Assembly: GCA_016930375.1 (NCBI GenBank) | Contig: JAFGGU010000044.1 | Coordinates: 2,529 to 66,528, forward strand | Length of the DNA: 64,000 nucleotides | From: Bacteroidales bacterium | Lineage (GTDB): Bacteria > Bacteroidota > Bacteroidia > Bacteroidales > UBA10428 | Direction: 5' to 3' | Shown: positions 58,482 through 64,000 of the stretch, piece by piece | Layout of the letters: the number at the start of each line of letters is the position of its first letter | How positions within the stretch are numbered: position 1 is the first letter of the stretch | Notes under the pieces: generated by a model | What the model was told of the DNA's origin: nothing | The model's input: only the letters and a program-made list of their open reading frames with translations | Database searches by the model: none | Made by a program: the position numbers and the translations under genes

Positions 58482-59693
58482 GATATCATCAAAGATGGCA
58501 GGACTGCCTTCAAATATCCCCTGTTTTCTTATGATAGCCTGAATGTTATCTTCGATCAGGTTATTGTTCATGATGCAATCTTCCAACTCTTTGGTTCCGA
58601 AGGATACTTTTTTACCATCAATCAGCTCCACGAGTCCGTCGGTATAACAAATGATTTTGGCCGGTTCCTCAATGGTAACGGAGCCTTTGCGGATCAGGGG
58701 TATTTCGTCGATCATGCCAATACCTACACAACCCTTGCTCAGAAAGGACAGTTCCTTTTTATTTTTCAGGTACATCATGGGTTGGTTATGCCCTGCATTG
58801 ATATATTGAAGTTCCTGGGTTTTATAATTGAACTTGCCTACGAAAAGGGTGATGAACTTTTCTCCGTTGGCAGAGACCATGACCCGTTCGTTGAGCTTTT
58901 CTATCAGCGCATCCAGGGATATATCATGAGTAAACAAAGCCCTGAGGTTGGCCTGAAAATTCGACATGAGCAAGGCAGCCGACATTCCTTTCCCCGAGAC
59001 ATCAGCGATGCAGAATCCGAATTCATTCTTGCTCAGCTGAATATAATCATAATAATCACCACCGACATCGAAATGCGGAAGGTAAAAAGCAGTCATGCAA
59101 ATCCTGTCATTTTTGGGAAGAATGGATGAACTCGGGATTAGCATATTCTGCATCTTGGAGGCAAGTTCAAGCTCTTTCTTGATCGCTTCCTGGCGCAGAC
59201 TATCCTTGAAAAACCTTATGTTTTCAATGGCCACCACGATGATGTTGGTGAGAGTCTGTATGAAATTCAGGTGCTTTATGATGGGACTTACCCCTTCTCC
59301 TTCTTCAATATCACCAATGATGACATAGGCAATCGGTTTGCCTTTATTGATAACAGGAATCACGATGTCGAATGCATTCAGTGTTTTGTTGGGTGAAGAG
59401 GTAATGAAAGAAATATCCTGGATGGGTAAAAGGTCGTTTTCAACGTTGATGCAGGCATAGGATTCGCCGACATCACCTGACCGGAGCAGGCATTGCCAGG
59501 TGCCGTCAAATTTAAATATCAGTACTTTCCCTATATTCAGGTCTTTGGTCAGAAGCCTTTCATAGATTTCCAGCAGCTCTTCCGTGGTGAGGTTTTCATT
59601 GATGGCCTGCGTGATGTTCAACAGAGATTGCAGCTTAAAAGTAGTCAGCTGTAACCTGTTGATCGACGCCTTGTCTGTTTTTTCTTCCTTCAC
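58455..59693 (-). CDS. GAF-domain-containing PP2C-type (SpoIIE/RsbU-like) serine/threonine phosphatase
   Basis: The C-terminal half has GGDYYDY, CIADVSGKGMSAALLMS, NAGHN and YTDGL. The N-terminal 170 aa are GAF-like. Confidence 0.85.
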   Translation of the reverse strand: MKEEKTDKASINRLQLTTFKLQSLLNITQAINENLTTEELLEIYERLLTKDLNIGKVLIFKFDGTWQCLLRSGDVGESYACINVENDLLPIQDISFITSSPNKTLNAFDIVIPVINKGKPIAYVIIGDIEEGEGVSPIIKHLNFIQTLTNIIVVAIENIRFFKDSLRQEAIKKELELASKMQNMLIPSSSILPKNDRICMTAFYLPHFDVGGDYYDYIQLSKNEFGFCIADVSGKGMSAALLMSNFQANLRALFTHDISLDALIEKLNERVMVSANGEKFITLFVGKFNYKTQELQYINAGHNQPMMYLKNKKELSFLSKGCVGIGMIDEIPLIRKGSVTIEEPAKIICYTDGLVELIDGKKVSFGTKELEDCIMNNNLIEDNIQAIIRKQGIFEGSPAIFDDISILGIEFY

Positions 59694-59785
59694 TGTATGG
59701 ATTCAAAAAGTAGGTAAATTACCTGTAAGATACGAAAAAAATGTCAACAGGTTTCCTTCGGATTTCAGACCCGGAACTATTGGAT

Positions 59786-60565
59786 TTAATCCCTTCTGAA
59801 CATCAAAGGGTATTTCAGGTTGGAGAACTGTTCCAGGTCCATTTTGAGAGAAGCCACCAGCAGATCAAACCTGACTTTAATGGGGATAATATTTTTGTCA
59901 GCTGATAGCCAGATGGTCATGTCATCTTCTGAGTCGAACATGCGACCGGGTTCAACAACCGGATCGAAGCGATAGCACATGATCTTACCATACTTTGTTT
60001 TCACTTCCTCTTTGCCTTTGTACCGGATCTCAAACGGGAAAAGTTCGTCATCAAAATACGTGACTGTCTTCAACACGTCTCCGGATTTTGCCTTACTCAT
60101 GTCAAGGGTGCGGACAAAGTAAATCAGGGAGATCATGTCGAGAATATCCGGAGGAACCTGCATGGTAGTGTCGAGACGAAGGCTGTAGGCAGTGTTGTTG
60201 GTACGGTCAATAAAAGCTTCTTCATGCTTTTTGTAGTTTCCTTCCTTTACATCGCGCACTACTTTATATGGAAGACCGGTTTGGGTATCGAAATAACTTT
60301 CAAAGACATCCCTGACACTGTAAAGTTTTTCTGCCAGACCTATGGTTTTCCCTTCACCGCGGGAATGGTAAACAAGCTGGTTGTCATAAGTGACGTGTCT
60401 TAGGGTCAGCGTTGCTGCACCGCCTATTATGGGACCTACTCTTATGGTAAAAGTAAGCTTTTCTCCTGCTTTATAAGGCTTTTCATTGGATGCTACCGGT
60501 TTGATTTGCCCGTAACCTGCAACACTAAAGCAAAGTAACAATAAAACGTAAATAAGTCTTATCAT
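59786..60565 (-). CDS. DUF3108-like secreted protein
   Basis: Signal peptide MIRLIYVLLLLCFSVAGYGQ. The segment GEKLTFTIRVGPIIGGAATLTL is typical of DUF3108 as I recall it. The start is uncertain; alternatives are 60601 and 60640. Confidence 0.6.
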   Translation of the reverse strand: MIRLIYVLLLLCFSVAGYGQIKPVASNEKPYKAGEKLTFTIRVGPIIGGAATLTLRHVTYDNQLVYHSRGEGKTIGLAEKLYSVRDVFESYFDTQTGLPYKVVRDVKEGNYKKHEEAFIDRTNNTAYSLRLDTTMQVPPDILDMISLIYFVRTLDMSKAKSGDVLKTVTYFDDELFPFEIRYKGKEEVKTKYGKIMCYRFDPVVEPGRMFDSEDDMTIWLSADKNIIPIKVRFDLLVASLKMDLEQFSNLKYPLMFRRD

Positions 60566-60626
60566 ATTCTGCAAATGTTTTGGATTAACGGATCGCATCA
60601 TAATAAACGTAAAATTGCGAAAATAG

Positions 60627-61343
60627 TTAAAGTGGCACAATCTTTTTGGGAATGGTTGCTATGAAATCTTTAAGATAGAAGGGTTCGAAATAGGCGACAT
60701 TCTCAAACTCCTGCAGGCTGAATTTTTGTTCGGCCAGCAAAGCAAGGGAAGCAGCATGCGGATATATATCCGGAACAAAAAAAGCATGCTCTCCGGCCAG
60801 GATATTCCGGCATTTATCCATTCCTGATCCGAAAAAAACGATATTGTGGCCGGACAGCAATGCGCGGTATGAGTCTTGCTCAATTATTCTGGCGGAAACG
60901 GGCTCGATTTCGTCGCCCCGGGAATTCAAAAGACATGTAAATACTTCCATCCTTCTTGCATCAATCATAGGACAAAATAGCATACCAGGCTTATCAAGCA
61001 AAGATTGAACCAATTCATCCGGAAATGCAACCAACTGATTGAAAATTATTTTCAAAGTATGTACGGCAATCAAAGGCAGATTCGCACCGAAACATAAGCC
61101 TTTTGCGGTTGAAACACCTATACGCAGACCGGTATATGAACCTGGACCTTTCCCTACGGCAACAGCATCAAGATCGGAAACTCCGATCCCTTTCTCTGCC
61201 AGTAACTCTTTGATGAATAAGGTTAACTTTGAGGCATGTGATCGGTCCTCAGACGTTTCGCGTTGTGATACAACACTTCCATTTACGGAAAGAGCGACAG
61301 AACATAATGGAGTGGCAGTTTCTATGTTCAGAATAACAGCCAA
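60627..61343 (-). CDS. tsaB: tRNA t6A37 biosynthesis protein TsaB
   Basis: Contains ILNIETATPLCSVAL and AVGKGPGSYTGLRIGVSTAKGL. It has an apparent TTG start. Confidence 0.85.
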   Translation of the reverse strand: MAVILNIETATPLCSVALSVNGSVVSQRETSEDRSHASKLTLFIKELLAEKGIGVSDLDAVAVGKGPGSYTGLRIGVSTAKGLCFGANLPLIAVHTLKIIFNQLVAFPDELVQSLLDKPGMLFCPMIDARRMEVFTCLLNSRGDEIEPVSARIIEQDSYRALLSGHNIVFFGSGMDKCRNILAGEHAFFVPDIYPHAASLALLAEQKFSLQEFENVAYFEPFYLKDFIATIPKKIVPL

Positions 61344-61357
61344 AATTTTAGTATTAG

Positions 61358-62665
61358 TTATTCTTTAAGCTGATCTTTGGTGACTTTCCTTACCGAAGCA
61401 CCATCCTTAAGTTTTTTGGTAATCACATTATAGGGCGCCGTTATAACTTCCATTTCTTCATTAAGCCCTTCAAGGACTTCGATGTAATCATTATCCTGTA
61501 TGCCGGTCTTGACAACAGTAATCTTTGCCTTTCCTTTGTCATACACAAAAACGACTTCCCTGGCTTCATCTGTAACCGATCCCTTGATTACCGAATCAGC
61601 ACTGATGACTGAATCTGCCATCATGGTCACCGACTGAAGGGGGATACTGAGGACACCGCTTTTTGATTCAGTCATGATGTCTACGGATGCTGACATGCCA
61701 GGCCTGAAGGGCTGATTTTTTCCATCTTTGACCAAATCGGAGTATGATTCCTTGAGCAAAAGGATCTTAACTTCAAAGTTGGTAACCTGATCCGTGGTGA
61801 GTCCGGTGGTTGTGGCTGAATTAGCAATTTCAGTCACGATTCCTTTGAATTTCCGGTCCGGGAAAGCATCCACTTCAATATTGGCGGAATCGTTCAGTTT
61901 AACACGAACAATATCATTCTCGTTAACCTCTGTAAGCACCTCCATCCGGTCAAGATTGGCGACCCGAAGCATATCGGTCCCGCTCATCAGTTCCGTACCA
62001 ACTACCCTTTCCCCCTTTTCCACGTTGAGAAGCGTTACAGTACCATCTATCGGTGCGTATATAGAGGTTCTGATGAGGTTTTCGTTGGACTCTTTCAGCG
62101 TAGCTTCAGCACTGTGAACGGAGTATTCCGCTGCGGCCACGCTCTGCTGTGATGCTGACACCTCAGCTTTGGCCACATCATGGGCTGCCTGCGCTGATTC
62201 CCACTCCGACTCCGATATGGTGCGTTCATCCCAAAGTTTTTTACTCCGGTTAAAAGACAACCGGGCTTGTTCATACCTTGCTTCCACTTGGGTCAGCATG
62301 GCTTTGGCATTGGAGAGGTTAGCCCTTGCCGCATTTAAGGATGCCAGGGTTCTGTCTCTGGCGGAGATATAGTTATCGGGTTTGATCTTGAGCAGAAACT
62401 GGCCTTTTTTTACCGCGTCCCCGTCCTTTACAACCAGCTCAACTATTTCGCCGGAAACATCCGGAGTTATCTTTACCTCAGTCTCCGGCTGGATTTTACC
62501 ATTGGCCGTGATTACTTCAGTAATACCCCGGCGGGATACTTTTTCAGTAGTAACTTCGTAAGTGACTGATTTACCAAACCAACCGGCTTTTTTCCCGATT
62601 AAAGCAATTATTATCAGCACAACAACTGCTATTGATAAGTATATCAACAATTTCCTTGAATTCAT
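61358..62665 (-). CDS. Efflux transporter periplasmic adaptor subunit (HlyD/MacA-like membrane fusion protein)
   Basis: N-terminal TM, biotinyl/lipoyl-like hairpin (GEIVELVVKDGDAVKKGQFLLKI), long coiled-coil, and beta-barrel domains. The ATG at 62665 is preferred to the ORF-track start at 62956. Confidence 0.85.
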   Translation of the reverse strand: MNSRKLLIYLSIAVVVLIIIALIGKKAGWFGKSVTYEVTTEKVSRRGITEVITANGKIQPETEVKITPDVSGEIVELVVKDGDAVKKGQFLLKIKPDNYISARDRTLASLNAARANLSNAKAMLTQVEARYEQARLSFNRSKKLWDERTISESEWESAQAAHDVAKAEVSASQQSVAAAEYSVHSAEATLKESNENLIRTSIYAPIDGTVTLLNVEKGERVVGTELMSGTDMLRVANLDRMEVLTEVNENDIVRVKLNDSANIEVDAFPDRKFKGIVTEIANSATTTGLTTDQVTNFEVKILLLKESYSDLVKDGKNQPFRPGMSASVDIMTESKSGVLSIPLQSVTMMADSVISADSVIKGSVTDEAREVVFVYDKGKAKITVVKTGIQDNDYIEVLEGLNEEMEVITAPYNVITKKLKDGASVRKVTKDQLKE

Positions 62666-62726
62666 AGCTTTTGGTAAAACGGATTTAGTATATTCATTCT
62701 GTAAAATTAAAATTTGGCTCAGACAA

Positions 62727-63500
62727 ATGGCAAAAAGAATGTACTTTTTGCAAAAATTATCCGGCGTGATGAAGGATGAACCGGTCAGGATCATCGAGGA
62801 CAAAGAAATTGGTAAGGTGAGCTTTATCAGGAAACCTGCTGCCCGTAACCTGAAGATCACAATCAGACCTTTCAGAAATGTGCTGGTGACCATCCCGCAT
62901 TTTGTATCGTTTGAAACGGCTGTCAGTTTTGTTGAGGAAAAGCGCCAATGGATCAAAAAAAGCCAGGTCAGATTTGAACGATATCACAAAAGCATTACTC
63001 TTTTTGAGGAAAGCACTGTCTTTCAAACCCGTGATCATTTGCTGATCCTGGGCCGCCATAAAAAGAACACTATACAGACTGTCATCCGGGACGGACAGAT
63101 AAGGGTATTGTTCCCGGAACATGCAGAGACACAAGATCCCAGGATACAAAAAGCGGTTCGAAAAGCAATTCAGGCCGCCTGGCGCCTTGAAGCACAAAGT
63201 TACCTTCCCGGGCAGGTCAGGAAGCTTGCTGCTCAATTTCACTTTCAGTATGGCAAGGTGACTTTCCGGAATAACAAAACCCGCTGGGGCAGTTGCTCAA
63301 GACACAACGATATCAACCTGAACATTCATCTGATGCGGTTGCCTTCGCATCTTTGTGATTATGTGATCCTGCATGAATTATGTCACACCGTCCACAAGCA
63401 TCATCAGAAAGCATTCTGGCAATTGCTTAACAGCATCCTGGGAGGGCGCGCAAGAGTTCTGGATAAGGAGCTGAACGGGTATAGTCCGGAAGCCTGGTGA
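62727..63500 (+). CDS. YgjP-like (DUF45/M48-related) metal-dependent hydrolase
   Basis: The C-terminal NKTRWGSCS...INLN..L...P....DYVILHELCHTVHKHH motif is present. The start is uncertain. Confidence 0.75.
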   Translation: MAKRMYFLQKLSGVMKDEPVRIIEDKEIGKVSFIRKPAARNLKITIRPFRNVLVTIPHFVSFETAVSFVEEKRQWIKKSQVRFERYHKSITLFEESTVFQTRDHLLILGRHKKNTIQTVIRDGQIRVLFPEHAETQDPRIQKAVRKAIQAAWRLEAQSYLPGQVRKLAAQFHFQYGKVTFRNNKTRWGSCSRHNDINLNIHLMRLPSHLCDYVILHELCHTVHKHHQKAFWQLLNSILGGRARVLDKELNGYSPEAW

Positions 63501-63547
63501 TTTGAATTATCAACATTTACACCTAACTTTATCTAAAATTCTTCACC

Positions 63548-64000
63548 ATGAAAAAAGTACTGATTCATCTTGCCAATGGTTTCGAGGAAATCGAAGCAAT
63601 TACACCGATGGACGTATTGTGTCGTGCCGGATGTGAGGTAGTCACAGTTTCTGTAACCGGCAAACATGAAGTTATTGGCGCACATGGGATAACTGTGCTC
63701 GCTGATAAGTTATTCACGGAGTCGGATTATGATCATGCCGACATGATCTTATTGCCGGGCGGACAGCCTGGTTCTGACAATTTGAACAGCCATGAGGGCC
63801 TGAAAAAGCAAATTATGAACTTTAGCCAGCAGGGCAAGCTGCTGGCTGCCATCTGCGCTGCTCCGCTGGTACTGGGAAGTACCGGAGTGCTGAAAGGCAA
63901 AAAGGCGACCTGTTACCCGGGAGTGGAATCAAAACTAACCGGAGCGACAATTACCGGCAATGCAGTTGAAGTGGATGGCCATGTAATAACCGGCAGGGGT
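63548..64000 (+). CDS. DJ-1/PfpI-family protein; 3' end outside the window
   Basis: Contains LANGFEEIEA, ILLPGG and the nucleophile-elbow AAICAAP. The frame stays open to the window end. Confidence 0.85.
   Translation, partial: MKKVLIHLANGFEEIEAITPMDVLCRAGCEVVTVSVTGKHEVIGAHGITVLADKLFTESDYDHADMILLPGGQPGSDNLNSHEGLKKQIMNFSQQGKLLAAICAAPLVLGSTGVLKGKKATCYPGVESKLTGATITGNAVEVDGHVITGRG

Noticed and set aside
59712-59724. Perfect 13-bp palindrome AGGTAAATTACCT upstream of the GAF-PP2C gene. Similar small palindromes occur at 28064-28078 (GTGTAT-GCT-ATACAC) and 2006-2020.
   Set aside because: The loops are too short (1-3 nt) for RNA hairpin terminators. As operators they are possible, but 6-bp arms are expected by chance several times in 64 kb. 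There is no supporting repetition or known consensus.
62562-62956. Mutually overlapping 5' extensions of the adaptor gene (to 62956, minus strand) and the YgjP-like gene (from 62562, plus strand)
   Set aside because: The extensions overlap each other on opposite strands and lack family features. The internal ATGs at 62665 (followed by a TM anchor) and 62727 give a normal 61-nt divergent spacer.
1-64000. Search for tRNA, rRNA, tmRNA, RNase P, prophage, integrative elements or defence systems
   Set aside because: No T-loop-like GGTTCRAnYC lies in a non-coding context. No intergenic gap exceeds 336 nt. No ORF has recombinase, nuclease-helicase, toxin-antitoxin or restriction-modification motifs. 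The window reads as core chromosome plus surface-polysaccharide and T9SS genes.

Overview
This 64-kb window looks like a chromosomal segment from a Bacteroidota genome. Evidence: type IX secretion/gliding genes, TAnnTTTG-type -7 boxes, and A-rich rather than Shine-Dalgarno leaders. Coding density is about 90%, with 56 protein genes. I found no tRNA, rRNA, CRISPR array, transposase, integrase or phage gene. All product names come from motifs read in the translated ORFs, because no database search was possible.

Content falls into three groups.

1. T9SS/gliding module:
- Two large PKD-rich cargo proteins end in the type-B 'gliding motility-associated C-terminal' sorting domain. One is 1,923 aa and is followed 9 nt later by a PorP/SprF-family gene.
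- A probable sprE/porW-like TPR lipoprotein is translationally coupled (ATGA overlap) to a PorX-type receiver-PglZ regulator and then tsaE.
- A gldA-like ABC ATPase and rpoN are also present.

2. Capsule/EPS genes, dispersed over three sub-loci:
- a Wzc-like tyrosine autokinase with a (YG)n tail;
- an atypical sugar transferase, then convergently wza-fcl-gmd-oxidoreductase-UDP-sugar dehydrogenase;
- tyrS-wzz-like-O-antigen-ligase-like.

3. Housekeeping genes: rnr, metK, asnS, tyrS, tsaB/tsaE, a three-subunit acyl-CoA carboxylase, PNP, thioredoxin, ZupT/CDF metal transporters, Sir2, and ROK kinase.

I cannot demonstrate a clear-cut new multi-gene system. The best candidates for follow-up are:
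- a radical-SAM plus glycosyltransferase operon whose leader is almost entirely a 7-bp tandem array, next to a second 16-bp tandem repeat;
- a DUF4493-lamin-tail-domain lipoprotein next to a sugar transferase with an unusual domain order;
- the sprE/porW-porX-tsaE coupling;
- an orphan SiaC-like (DUF1987) protein with a distant GAF-PP2C phosphatase;
- the uncharacterised N-terminal head of the giant adhesin.
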